Virus record (IMG/VR): IMGVR_UViG_3300025128_000132
Span: 1 to 37,894 of that record
DNA: 37,894 bases
Reading direction: 5' to 3' (one strand)
Source of the DNA: a virus
Lineage: Duplodnaviria; Caudoviricetes
Shown one piece after another: positions 1 through 9,236 of the stretch (positions are counted from its first letter, which is position 1; every line of letters begins with the position of its first letter). The translations under genes were made by a program, and so were the position numbers. Below the pieces are notes generated by a model. That model searched no databases. It saw only the letters and a program-made list of their open reading frames with translations, and was not told where the DNA came from.

Positions 1-166
1 CCCGAATTCAGAAAGTTGCTTATTTGGCACAACATCTTCAGTCGGAACAGGGAGTGAAGGCGTAGAGATCAGAGGCGACTACGGATATTTCAGGACAGCA
101 AGAAACAGCACAGGTGTTGTCGGCCATTGGGCGATTTATAACTCAAATGGCGAAGTTGGCTCCGTC
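1..166. repeat. Terminal overlap, copy 1 (circular assembly)
   Basis: 1-166 equals 37729-37894 except 35-40 (TCTTCA vs GCCGCC); 41-166 is an exact 126-bp match. Confidence 0.97.
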
Positions 167-499
167 ACGACGCATGATTCGGCAACAGCGTTCAATACAT
201 CATCTGATTATAGACTGAAGGAAAACGAGTCACCGTTTGGTGATGCCCTAGATCTCTTGGGTCAACTCAAGCCTTATAAGTTCAACTTCAAAACTGTGCC
301 AGATAAAGAGGTGCAAGGATTCTTCGCTCACGAAGTCGCTGAGATCGTACCGCAAGCAGTGACGGGCGAGAAAGATGCAGTCAAGGACGATGGTTCGATA
401 AAGGGTCAGAGCATAGACCACTCACACATGGTGCCGCTACTGGTGGCAGCGATTCAAGAACTCACAGCTAAAGTAGAGGCACTGGAGGCCAATAACTGA
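2..499 (+). CDS. C-terminal part of tail fibre with peptidase S74 intramolecular chaperone (continues the ORF starting at 34049)
   Basis: Frame open from base 2; NTSSDYRLKEN cleavage motif, GFFAHEV..IVPQAV, PLLVAAIQEL coiled coil; same frame as the 34049 ORF across the overlap. Confidence 0.92.
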   Translation, partial: PNSESCLFGTTSSVGTGSEGVEIRGDYGYFRTARNSTGVVGHWAIYNSNGEVGSVTTHDSATAFNTSSDYRLKENESPFGDALDLLGQLKPYKFNFKTVPDKEVQGFFAHEVAEIVPQAVTGEKDAVKDDGSIKGQSIDHSHMVPLLVAAIQELTAKVEALEANN

Positions 500-864
500 T
501 GGCAATTTCATACTCATGGTCGTTTTCGGCTCTCGACGTAGAACTCGGGCCAGACGCAGACGATCACACAGATGTCGTTTACACGATTCACTGGCGGTAT
601 TCCGCTACAGACGGTGAAGATCCGCCACATACAGCCTCATCTATCGGCACATCTTCCGTAAAATGGGAAGAAGGCGAGCCGTGGATTCCATACGCTGATT
701 TAACTCAATCTGATGTCGAAGGTTGGGTGGAAGAGGATCTGGGCGAGGAGCGTATAGAGCAGATGGAAAGCTCGCTTGATGCGAACATAGCCGAACAAGT
801 CACGCCTACTCACGAAACGATGCGAGGCGACGAGTTGCCTTGGAACGAAGGTGATGGAGGTTGA
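499..864 (+). CDS. Conserved phage protein downstream of tail fibre (possible fibre assembly factor)
   Basis: Start overlaps upstream stop (TGATG); VVYTIHW, IPYADLT..V.GWV and LPW motifs seen in tail-fibre-adjacent proteins of aquatic phages. Confidence 0.6.
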   Translation: MAISYSWSFSALDVELGPDADDHTDVVYTIHWRYSATDGEDPPHTASSIGTSSVKWEEGEPWIPYADLTQSDVEGWVEEDLGEERIEQMESSLDANIAEQVTPTHETMRGDELPWNEGDGG

Positions 865-1081
865 GGCCGTGGCTACGTTATTATCTTTTCTCGCTGCACC
901 ACTCGCCGCAGGGGCGGCATACGGTGGGGTGAGGGCTGGACTGAACGGTGCCCGTCAGAGCATCCAATCTATTGAACGAATATGTAATCGTTTAGACGAG
1001 AAGGTAGATGAGCATGGGCAGAGAATCACGAAAACTGAAGTCGAAATTATTAACCTCAAAGAAAGGTCAGGAAATGGCTAA
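851..1081 (+). CDS. Small membrane protein with coiled coil
   Basis: N-terminal hydrophobic segment then heptad-like charged helix; overlaps neighbours. Confidence 0.6.
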   Translation: MMEVEAVATLLSFLAAPLAAGAAYGGVRAGLNGARQSIQSIERICNRLDEKVDEHGQRITKTEVEIINLKERSGNG

Positions 1082-1391
1082 GAAGTCAGATACCTCAAAT
1101 CCCGCAATTGAAGGGGCAGATATGGCTACTACAACAACTTCTGGATCGACGAATGGCGAGCTCACCTTGGATGAGCTGGTGACCCTCACTCTAGAACAGG
1201 CGATTAGCTTGAGGACTTTGTTCCAGGCTAAGAAAGAGCGACTAGACGGTTTGCAGAGTATAGATGCAAGCATCGAGCTCGCTTATCAGATGCTTGGCAT
1301 CGAGGGCAGGGAAATCGTGTCCGGTGAGCTCGGTGACGAAAATCCGCATCTAATGCTTAAAGCAATCGAACCCAACGGCGCGATAAAATAA
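1074..1391 (+). CDS. Hypothetical protein
   Basis: ATG 1074 after AAGGTCAGGAA; stop overlaps next start (TAATG). Confidence 0.65.
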   Translation: MAKKSDTSNPAIEGADMATTTTSGSTNGELTLDELVTLTLEQAISLRTLFQAKKERLDGLQSIDASIELAYQMLGIEGREIVSGELGDENPHLMLKAIEPNGAIK

Positions 1392-2935
1392 TGCCAGCAG
1401 CTGAGTACGTTCCCCTCCAATTTGAGCCTGGCGTTTGGAAAAACGGTACGCTCTATCAAGCTCGAGGTCGGTGGTATGACGCCGATCTCATGCGTTGGAG
1501 CGTGGGCGCACTTGGGCCTGTAGGTGGATGGCGTCCGTGGGGTGAGAATACGACAGCGGTCACCGGGGTAGGGCGCACAGCCCTGCCCTGGATGGACAAC
1601 ACCTTTAGGCGTTGGATCGCGGTAGGCACTGCAGCCAAACTATATGTGTACGATTCAGCAGCCGATCTAAGCGACATCACACCTAGCGGCTTCACGGCTG
1701 GTCGTACTGATGCGAACCCCAACATAGGCTACGGAAATGCGGTTTATGGGCAGTCAACATACGGCGATCCGCGTCCAGATCTCGGTATCCCGGAGCCGGC
1801 CACGATTTGGTCTTTCGACCTATGGGGAGAAAACCTGGTAGGCTGCACTCCAGAGGATGGCGATGTCTATATGTGGGATGCGAGCACGGCCACACCCGCG
1901 ACCACGGTAGCCGCGAGGATAGCTAACTCACCTCAGTTTGCGATTGCTACGGCAGTAACCAGTGAGCGTATTCAGATGGTGTTTGGGGGCACTCCTTCCG
2001 GGGGAGCTGAAGCTGACCGGGATCGTCGCCGGGTGTTCTGGTCCGATTCAGAAGATAATACGGATTGGACACCCAGTAGCACCAACCAAGCTGGCGACCA
2101 AATCCTCGACACTGAAGGCGACCTATTGGGGGCTGTTAAGGTTAGGGATAGGCTTTTGATTTTTACCACGATAGACGCCCACTTAGCCACTTATGTAGGG
2201 TTGCCCTACGTCTACTCGTTTGACCGTGTAGGAGATGCTTGTGGGCCTGTGTGCATCAATGCGGTAGCTGTGGCGGGGCCGACAGCTTATTGGATGGGCC
2301 GATCAGCTCAGGGATTCTTTAAGTACGATGGCAGCCTTCAGTCTATCCCATGTGACGTTGAATCATTCCTAGTCACGGACATGAACCAGGCTCAGGCAAG
2401 TAAGGTCGTAGCGTGGCACAATACGTTGTTCAATGAGGTTGTCTGGTTCTACCCAAGTTCAACCATCGAAGTCGATGCTTATGTTGCCTATAACTATGTA
2501 GAAGAGCACTGGTCTACGGGAACGCTGGCACGGACAGCTGTAACGAGCCGTGGCATATTTCTGCAGCCGATTATGTTCGATGTAGATGGTAACCCATACG
2601 AGCATGAAGTAGGTAACACCTACACTGATATTGGAGGTACTGCGAAGGTGCCGTATGTGGAATCTGGACCTATAGAGCTCGGTAATGGCGACCGCGTTTT
2701 GTCTGCGACTAGTCTAATCCCAGACGTTACCAGCTTGGGTGACATCACAACGACTTTTTATACGAGATTGTACCCAACTGATTCGGATACCACGCATGGC
2801 CCGTACACGATGGCAGCACCTACTTCTGTTCGGTTTACTGGGCGCACTTGTCGCATGAAATGTACTAGCGATTCGAGTGCTGCCTGGAATGTTGGAGTGC
2901 CCAGGCTCGAGATGCAGCCAGGAGGTAGGCGATGA
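1391..2935 (+). CDS. Tail nozzle / DNA stabilisation protein (P22 gp10-like beta-propeller)
   Basis: 514 aa, WSFDLWGENLV, VFWSDSED..DW, YNY.E.HWS.G motifs; position before ejection genes. Confidence 0.8.
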   Translation: MPAAEYVPLQFEPGVWKNGTLYQARGRWYDADLMRWSVGALGPVGGWRPWGENTTAVTGVGRTALPWMDNTFRRWIAVGTAAKLYVYDSAADLSDITPSGFTAGRTDANPNIGYGNAVYGQSTYGDPRPDLGIPEPATIWSFDLWGENLVGCTPEDGDVYMWDASTATPATTVAARIANSPQFAIATAVTSERIQMVFGGTPSGGAEADRDRRRVFWSDSEDNTDWTPSSTNQAGDQILDTEGDLLGAVKVRDRLLIFTTIDAHLATYVGLPYVYSFDRVGDACGPVCINAVAVAGPTAYWMGRSAQGFFKYDGSLQSIPCDVESFLVTDMNQAQASKVVAWHNTLFNEVVWFYPSSTIEVDAYVAYNYVEEHWSTGTLARTAVTSRGIFLQPIMFDVDGNPYEHEVGNTYTDIGGTAKVPYVESGPIELGNGDRVLSATSLIPDVTSLGDITTTFYTRLYPTDSDTTHGPYTMAAPTSVRFTGRTCRMKCTSDSSAAWNVGVPRLEMQPGGRR

Positions 2936-3174
2936 GCGTTCAAGCACCGTCTGGGGTGAGGCGTCTAACCTTGGCACCGGCCCGGGAAGAGTATGATCGC
3001 TTGAATCAAGTGTCTAATAACAGGGCACTCGAAGAAGCTGATCACACAAATTTCAAGCACTTTCAGGACATAGACTTGGCGAATAACGAAAGACTGATTT
3101 TGGTCAGTGCGAATGGCACTCGATACCAGGTAGTCGTTTCCGATGCCGGCGTTCTGTCAACGAGCTCGGTCTGA
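2932..3174 (+). CDS. Small tail-associated hypothetical protein
   Basis: ATGA overlap, GGAGG RBS; ILVSANGTRYQVVVSDAGVLS beta motif. Confidence 0.65.
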   Translation: MSVQAPSGVRRLTLAPAREEYDRLNQVSNNRALEEADHTNFKHFQDIDLANNERLILVSANGTRYQVVVSDAGVLSTSSV

Positions 3175-3575
3175 TGAGATCAGTTGACCAAGAAGGGTTC
3201 GCAGAGGCATGGGAGCGGAGTAAGCCTTATATGGTTACTGCGTTGAAAAAATCCGGTGACGAATACTCTGTAGATGACTTATTGACCATGCTAGAAGAGG
3301 ACCGTGCGATTTTCTATCCCGTGAAAAACGGGGCAGCTGTATTTCGGGTAGCCGTCTATCCGAAAAGACGAAGACTCCGGCTATGGCTGATTGGTGGAGA
3401 GGTAGGTGAAGGAGTCGCGAAGCTCGATGCGGTTATGCAAGCAGCGGATTTTCTAGCAGAGGAATATGGATGTGATGGCATAGAATGCACTGGGCGTAAA
3501 GTGTACAAACGGGTGCTCAAGCCTTTTGGGTACGAAGAAAACGCTGTAGTGCTGACAAAGGAATTAGGAGGCTAA
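3174..3575 (+). CDS. GNAT-like virion assembly protein (P22 gp14/T7 gp13 position)
   Basis: LWLIGG...A.EYGCDGIECTGR..YKRVLK.FGY pattern; lies between nozzle and ejection genes. Confidence 0.65.
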   Translation: MRSVDQEGFAEAWERSKPYMVTALKKSGDEYSVDDLLTMLEEDRAIFYPVKNGAAVFRVAVYPKRRRLRLWLIGGEVGEGVAKLDAVMQAADFLAEEYGCDGIECTGRKVYKRVLKPFGYEENAVVLTKELGG

Positions 3576-3576
3576 A

Positions 3577-6500
3577 ATGTGCGGTGGCGGCGGCAATGAC
3601 ATTACGGATATGAATCTGACAAGTATCCAAGGAAGAGATCCGGCGACAGAACGTCGGCAGATCGATTTCTGGAACCAAGCACAACAGTATGCCTCAACGT
3701 CACCGTTCCAGGCTCAGTATGGTGGTCCGTCTGCCATGCCCGGCCTTGGTGCCATGTCGCAACGAGGGCAGCAATACCTTACCAATCAGATTCTCGGACC
3801 AGGACAATACTCTGCACAAAACCTCGGCTTCACAGATTACACTGCACCAGAAGAGGGCACAGGCTACGGCCAACGCTGGCCGTCACCGGATTGGGGCTAC
3901 GAGGTAAATGAAGAACCAATCACGGGCAGAACAGCGGTAAGAAGACCTAGAACTCCAGGTGGGCCACCCGATCCACCCGATCCATCATCCCCTTTCCCAG
4001 ACCCTAGTAGATCTGCTTACAATCTATACGGTGGGAGCCCAGCGAATATCTTAGGCGCGGCACCTCCTGGAGCTCAGGTGCAAGGGCAATCCGGTCCTAG
4101 CGCATACGCTGGCTATATTGCTCCCGGGCAGGGTGGCCTGCTTGGCAGTAGGGCAGAAGAAGGGGCTAGACGGGCAGCTCAACCCGCTGGTCCGACAATG
4201 ATAGGAGCGAGCGATCCCGGATGGGAGGCTTTCTTGGCGACTAAAGATCCAGCCACGCAAGCCTCCTTGAGAGCGCAAGTTGAAAAGTATCCCAATATGG
4301 CGGTAGCTCTTTCCCCTGAACAGCAAAGACCGGCACAAGCTGCTCGACCTTACTCGCCTACGGTCGGTGTACGCGGGATAGAAGAGGCGGGGGATGTCAC
4401 ACGCAGGATGCTCCGCGAGCCAGGAAGAACAGGTGATCCTGCCTACGATCAGTTCCTGCCAGGCACTGGTGGTGATCCAGAAGCCGAAGGATATGTGGCC
4501 CCAGGATGGCATGGTATAGCAGGGGCCGCAGGAACAGGAGCGTTCTTGCCAGCGCATACTGACGCAGCAGGCAACACCTATGCGGCAGGATGGCATGGCT
4601 TGGGTGAGGCAGGGACAGGCACCGCGCCAACTGCCGCACAGACCGCAATTGATGCCCTGACACCGTGGGAGCGGAGAGATCCCGAAACAGGTGTTGTTAC
4701 TGATATAGGGTATCAGCCAGGGTTTGATGAGGTGGGGGCAGGGGATGTAACGGGAGCAGCCACAGACCCACGCTATTCAGATCCCACCACAGACCCACTC
4801 TATAAAGACTGGACGAAAGAGCAGCTAGGTCTGAGAGAGGCCGATGAGGTTACAGATATTCTGGGAGCTCAGGCAACTGGGAAAGCCTTCCGTGAAGGCT
4901 GGGGAATTACCGATCCCACTATTAGTGGTACTGATTGGACGGGTGCAACGCCGTGGGATGATAAGGTTACGGCCACGGATGTCGATGTTTCCCAGATCAC
5001 CCAACCCACACTGACAGACGTAGAGAGGATAGGAGCTACGGAAGTAGGAACGGCAGATACGGCAGGCTTTGCCGTAACGCCAGCGGCGGTAGCTGGCCTG
5101 GATAAGATCTCTGCACCCACAGATGTGACTGTGGACCCCAGCTACTTGCAAATTGCTGGTGAGAAAACTACGGACGTAGCGGATGTAACCCCAGACGCCA
5201 TTACTGGTCCTGGCGAGGTGACGGTCGACCCCGTTACTGGACAAATTACAGAAGCTGTGGGGGCTGTCGCTCCTGGAACGATAGCTGTCCCACAGAGTGT
5301 CACTGTCGATCCGGTTACAGGTCAGGTGTCTGAAGGTATAGGCGGTGCTGTAGACCCAAGTGCTTTCGGTGGAGCATCATTCCTTACTGGTGATCTTTCA
5401 CAGTATATGAACCAGCTTGGTGTCGAATCCCAGATAGAAGCTGCAGAGCTCGACTATGCTCGAGCTCAGAATGAAGAACAGGCTAGAAGGGCTGGTTCTC
5501 ATGCCTGGGGCACCAGAGGCGACATTCCACGGGCAGAGCAGGAATCAGCGATGCTTGCTCGTATCGCGGATATTCGCAGACAAGGATTCAACGACGCAGC
5601 TGACAGATTAGAGTTCGACCTACAACGTCAACAAGCTGCTGGGATGCAGTACCAACAACTACAAATGCAGGGCCAGCTTGCTGGACGGGAAGAAGAATCG
5701 CGGCGACGGGAAGCTAATGCTGCCCGTGCCCAGCAGGCCGCACTAACTGGTCAACAGCTAGGAACCCAAGCTGCCCTACAAACACAACAATTACGGCAAG
5801 CAGGCGATATTCGTGGTGCTGAATTGGGCCTTCAGGCTGGACTTCAAGGACAACAACTTGAGGCCCAACGTAGGTCTGAAGATGCTGCCCGTGCCCAACA
5901 AGCTGCTCTAGCAGGCCAGCAACTTGGGACGCAAGCGGCTATGCAGACACAACAACTAGGACAAGCTGGCGGCATACGGGGAGCCGAACTTGGACTTCAG
6001 GCGCAGCTGCAAGGGCAACAACTCAAAGCTCAACGCAGAGAGGCAGATGCGGCTCGCGCACAACAGGCTGCAATGCAAGGTCTACAACTTGGTACTCAGG
6101 CAGGGATGCAAACGCAGCAGCTCACCCAGCAGGGTGGCATCCGTGGTGCTGAGTTAGGGATGCAGGCTGGGTTGCAGGCGCAGCAACTAGAAGCACAGCG
6201 TCTAGAGGCTAACGCAGCTCGCGCACAACAGGCTGCGTTGGCTGGTCAGGAATTAGGTGGACGATACGGCCTTCAGACCCAGGCACTCGGTCAGCAGGCC
6301 GCGATAAGAAACGCAGAGATGGATATGCAGGCTGCGTTAGCGAACCAACAAGCTGCTCTACAGACAGGCACACAGAGCCAGCAATTAGAAGCGCAGAGGC
6401 AGATTGAACAGGCTAGGCTGAAACTCGCAGGACAGCAGCAGACACAGCAGTTGGGCGTCCAAACTGGTCTGGCAGCGCAGAGCCTAGAGGCGCAGAGGGC

Positions 6501-7458
6501 TGAAGCACAGGCAGCTCGCGCCCAGCAGGCTGCACTCGCTCAGTACCAGGCTGGTGTCGAGGGTGGTATGCAGACACAGAGGCTTGGTGTTGGTGCAGAT
6601 CAACGACAAGCAGAACTGGATATGCAGGCTGCACTTGCGAATCAGCAAGCCGCGTTACAGACGGGTACGCAGGCGGCGCAACTGGAAGCTGGCCGGCGGG
6701 GGCAACAAGCTCAACTTGATCTTCAGAGACTACAGCAGACGCAACAACTCGGTGCTAGTTCAGCAGAACAGCAGACTCAAAACGAGTTCCTGCGTAGGCA
6801 GGCACTCGCTGGTATGGGTCAAGATGCAGCCCAACAACAGGTACAAAATGAGTTCGCTCGCAGGCAGGAACTTGCACGGATGGGGCTGCAGTCTCAGGGC
6901 ATGGGGATGGACGATCAAGCACGGTTTAGGCAACAGCAGATGCAGGCTGCTCAACAGCTGGCAAGCATTGGTGGCATGGAGCAAGGTGCGGCGTTTGGCG
7001 CAGCTGGACAGCTGGGCCAGATGGGCGCAGCTCAAGATGCTGCCCGAAGAGCCCAGCAAGCCTATGCTTACGAGCAGTGGCTGCGCGGCGTAGAAGGCGG
7101 GTCAGAAGGGATGTCCTTCCTTCAGGCAATGCAGCCAGGCGGTCAGCAGTGGGGCTATCAGCGTAAGCCGTCCGTAACTGGTCAGATCATTGGTGGTCTT
7201 GCCCAACTAGGCGGTACTGCGGCAGCGATGGGGAGTGCTGGGTTAATCTCTGATGTGCGATTGAAAGAGAACATCGAACTGGTAGGCTCCGATAACGGAT
7301 TCAACCTGTACGAGTTCAACTACAGAAACCAAGACGCTCGATGGCGCGGGGTCATGGCCCATGAGGTCATGGCGACCAGGCCAGACGCGGTAGGTATGCG
7401 CGAAGGAGTCTTGGTTGTGGACTATGATGCTCTCGGTATGAGGATGGAGGCTGTCTGA
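3577..7458 (+). CDS. Internal virion/ejection protein with Q/A/G-rich repeats and C-terminal peptidase S74 domain
   Basis: AGGAGG RBS; MCGGGG start; C-terminal SDVRLKENI...YEFNY...GVMAHEV...PDAV...VDY; G/A-rich hydrophobic segment before it. Confidence 0.8.
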   Translation: MCGGGGNDITDMNLTSIQGRDPATERRQIDFWNQAQQYASTSPFQAQYGGPSAMPGLGAMSQRGQQYLTNQILGPGQYSAQNLGFTDYTAPEEGTGYGQRWPSPDWGYEVNEEPITGRTAVRRPRTPGGPPDPPDPSSPFPDPSRSAYNLYGGSPANILGAAPPGAQVQGQSGPSAYAGYIAPGQGGLLGSRAEEGARRAAQPAGPTMIGASDPGWEAFLATKDPATQASLRAQVEKYPNMAVALSPEQQRPAQAARPYSPTVGVRGIEEAGDVTRRMLREPGRTGDPAYDQFLPGTGGDPEAEGYVAPGWHGIAGAAGTGAFLPAHTDAAGNTYAAGWHGLGEAGTGTAPTAAQTAIDALTPWERRDPETGVVTDIGYQPGFDEVGAGDVTGAATDPRYSDPTTDPLYKDWTKEQLGLREADEVTDILGAQATGKAFREGWGITDPTISGTDWTGATPWDDKVTATDVDVSQITQPTLTDVERIGATEVGTADTAGFAVTPAAVAGLDKISAPTDVTVDPSYLQIAGEKTTDVADVTPDAITGPGEVTVDPVTGQITEAVGAVAPGTIAVPQSVTVDPVTGQVSEGIGGAVDPSAFGGASFLTGDLSQYMNQLGVESQIEAAELDYARAQNEEQARRAGSHAWGTRGDIPRAEQESAMLARIADIRRQGFNDAADRLEFDLQRQQAAGMQYQQLQMQGQLAGREEESRRREANAARAQQAALTGQQLGTQAALQTQQLRQAGDIRGAELGLQAGLQGQQLEAQRRSEDAARAQQAALAGQQLGTQAAMQTQQLGQAGGIRGAELGLQAQLQGQQLKAQRREADAARAQQAAMQGLQLGTQAGMQTQQLTQQGGIRGAELGMQAGLQAQQLEAQRLEANAARAQQAALAGQELGGRYGLQTQALGQQAAIRNAEMDMQAALANQQAALQTGTQSQQLEAQRQIEQARLKLAGQQQTQQLGVQTGLAAQSLEAQRAEAQAARAQQAALAQYQAGVEGGMQTQRLGVGADQRQAELDMQAALANQQAALQTGTQAAQLEAGRRGQQAQLDLQRLQQTQQLGASSAEQQTQNEFLRRQALAGMGQDAAQQQVQNEFARRQELARMGLQSQGMGMDDQARFRQQQMQAAQQLASIGGMEQGAAFGAAGQLGQMGAAQDAARRAQQAYAYEQWLRGVEGGSEGMSFLQAMQPGGQQWGYQRKPSVTGQIIGGLAQLGGTAAAMGSAGLISDVRLKENIELVGSDNGFNLYEFNYRNQDARWRGVMAHEVMATRPDAVGMREGVLVVDYDALGMRMEAV
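5719..6378 (+). repeat. 55-aa (165-bp) tandem coding repeat, about 4 copies, each of five 11-aa units
   Basis: AARAQQAALTG QQLGTQAALQT QQLRQAGDIRG AELGLQAGLQG QQLEAQRRSED; GCTGCCCGTGCC at 5719 and 5884. Confidence 0.9.
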
Positions 7459-9227
7459 TGGCATATACGAGTCCTCGACAATGGCTAGATCTACTTAGGC
7501 GCAAACCGGGCGCGAGGTTCACAGACCTCGGCCCAGCCGGAAACGTGCTCGATGCGACGGGTGACTTCATGCAGCGCAACAGTGCGAACCCGGGTCGTGA
7601 TTGGCGGTCCATACTAGCTGAAGGCGAACAACGTCGGCAGCAAAGTGAATCGTATAGAACGCCTGGGTCGGCCATTTCACAGGTTGGGATGGGTGGGAGC
7701 TCGAGTGGATTTCAACCGACATCTAGGCAAGAAAGCTATACCGACATCCTTAAACAGGTGCCCGGGTCAGCTGCCAGAGATCCCGTTGATCCGCTTGCCG
7801 GTGACGTATCCCAAGATCCGCAGAGCTTTTTAGGTAAGGTTGGATCGTTCTTCACTCAACCAGGTGTTCCTGAACTACTGATCAGTGGTGGTGCCGGAAT
7901 GTCTCAAGCAGCCAGCCTACCAGGTGCTACTGCGTTGGGTTCGTTTGGGGCTGGGGGAGAGGCAGCACTCGCGCAATATAATCTCATGCAGCAGCAGCAA
8001 GCTGCCCGGGACAAACTGACAGCTGATGCTGCAGCTGGCACCGCAGAATCCCAGCAAGAGATAAGTGCCCGGCAACAGGCCATTCAGCGAATCGGGACAC
8101 AGAAAGGTGTTGAGCCGGCTCTGTTGGCAGAGTATGTGGCGATGGCTACTACCGAAGAAGGCTATGAGTATGCTCTAGGTCAGATAGCACCAGAAGCAGC
8201 CGATGCGGTAACAGACACAGCCGAAAATAGAAACATTCAATCATTGGCAGAGGCTAGAACTCTAGTTCGGACGCTGACAGAGCAAGGGGTGCCGGAAGAC
8301 GATCCCAGGATGCTCGATGCCAAGGCAGACCTCAATGCTTGGCAGCTACGCCTAGGGATAACAGAGCTCCCAGAAGGGGAAAGCCTAAGTACCGGCCAAA
8401 GAGAATGGCGCGACTATGTAGCATTAAGGCAGCAACAAGATCCTAACTATGTGCCCACCCCAGCCGATATGATGAATTTCCGGACGGGTGGATTAACGGC
8501 CCCAGGTCGCGTCACTAGACGCGGTCCAGGTGAGGTGACCGCTGACAGGCTGGCATCGACTGATGCTATGAACTGGGAAACTCGAGACAAGGCGATGTAC
8601 GTCAAGCGTTACGACCAGCTAGAAGAGGTGATGAATGCACTGCAATACTCAATAGACAATCCCAACTCGCCGCGCCTAGTTGGTTTTGCTCAAGGTACGA
8701 TTCAGAGTATTGACGCATTGCGAGCTCTGCAGCCTGAAGCGGCAGATGCGTTTGATAACGTGCGGTCAGTGGTGTTCGAGGGCTTAAAGGAAACTCTCGG
8801 CGGTCAGTTCGCGGAACGTGAAGGTGAACGATTAGTGTCTGCTGCTTACAACCCATATCTGCCTCCTGAGATGAACATCAAGAGGCTGAAGAGGCTTCTG
8901 AATGAAATGCAGATGATCGCCTCTTCGCGGGACAGCCGTGCAAGGCATATAAGAAATAACGACTTTAGTATTAGCGGTTGGGTTGATCCGTATGGGGACA
9001 TGATTGAAGATGCGAATGCTGTACAGCTCGCCAACCTACTTATAGATCCTACCGACTATGAACTAATCGATGATCCGGCAGCAAGAAGTGCTGCGATGTC
9101 AGAGGATGTGGACAGGCTGTCTCGAGCCGAACTCGAAGCGTTGTTCAATGCTGTGTTTAAGGACGAGGACGCTGTGTATACCAAGCTGGAAGAAGAGCTC
9201 CTGGACCTCATCTCTGCTCGTTATTAG
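7458..9227 (+). CDS. Internal virion/ejection protein
   Basis: 589 aa; GGAGG RBS; G/A-rich segment then helical domain (LKETLGGQFAEREGERL); synteny. Confidence 0.7.
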   Translation: MAYTSPRQWLDLLRRKPGARFTDLGPAGNVLDATGDFMQRNSANPGRDWRSILAEGEQRRQQSESYRTPGSAISQVGMGGSSSGFQPTSRQESYTDILKQVPGSAARDPVDPLAGDVSQDPQSFLGKVGSFFTQPGVPELLISGGAGMSQAASLPGATALGSFGAGGEAALAQYNLMQQQQAARDKLTADAAAGTAESQQEISARQQAIQRIGTQKGVEPALLAEYVAMATTEEGYEYALGQIAPEAADAVTDTAENRNIQSLAEARTLVRTLTEQGVPEDDPRMLDAKADLNAWQLRLGITELPEGESLSTGQREWRDYVALRQQQDPNYVPTPADMMNFRTGGLTAPGRVTRRGPGEVTADRLASTDAMNWETRDKAMYVKRYDQLEEVMNALQYSIDNPNSPRLVGFAQGTIQSIDALRALQPEAADAFDNVRSVVFEGLKETLGGQFAEREGERLVSAAYNPYLPPEMNIKRLKRLLNEMQMIASSRDSRARHIRNNDFSISGWVDPYGDMIEDANAVQLANLLIDPTDYELIDDPAARSAAMSEDVDRLSRAELEALFNAVFKDEDAVYTKLEEELLDLISARY

Positions 9228-9236
9228 GAGGCTACT

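Noticed and set aside
1-166. Physical direct terminal repeat
   Set aside because: Falls inside the tail-fibre ORF and has an assembler-like exact 126-bp overlap; better explained as circular assembly
257-499. Stand-alone 80-aa gene from ORF track
   Set aside because: It is the end of the tail-fibre ORF crossing the contig junction
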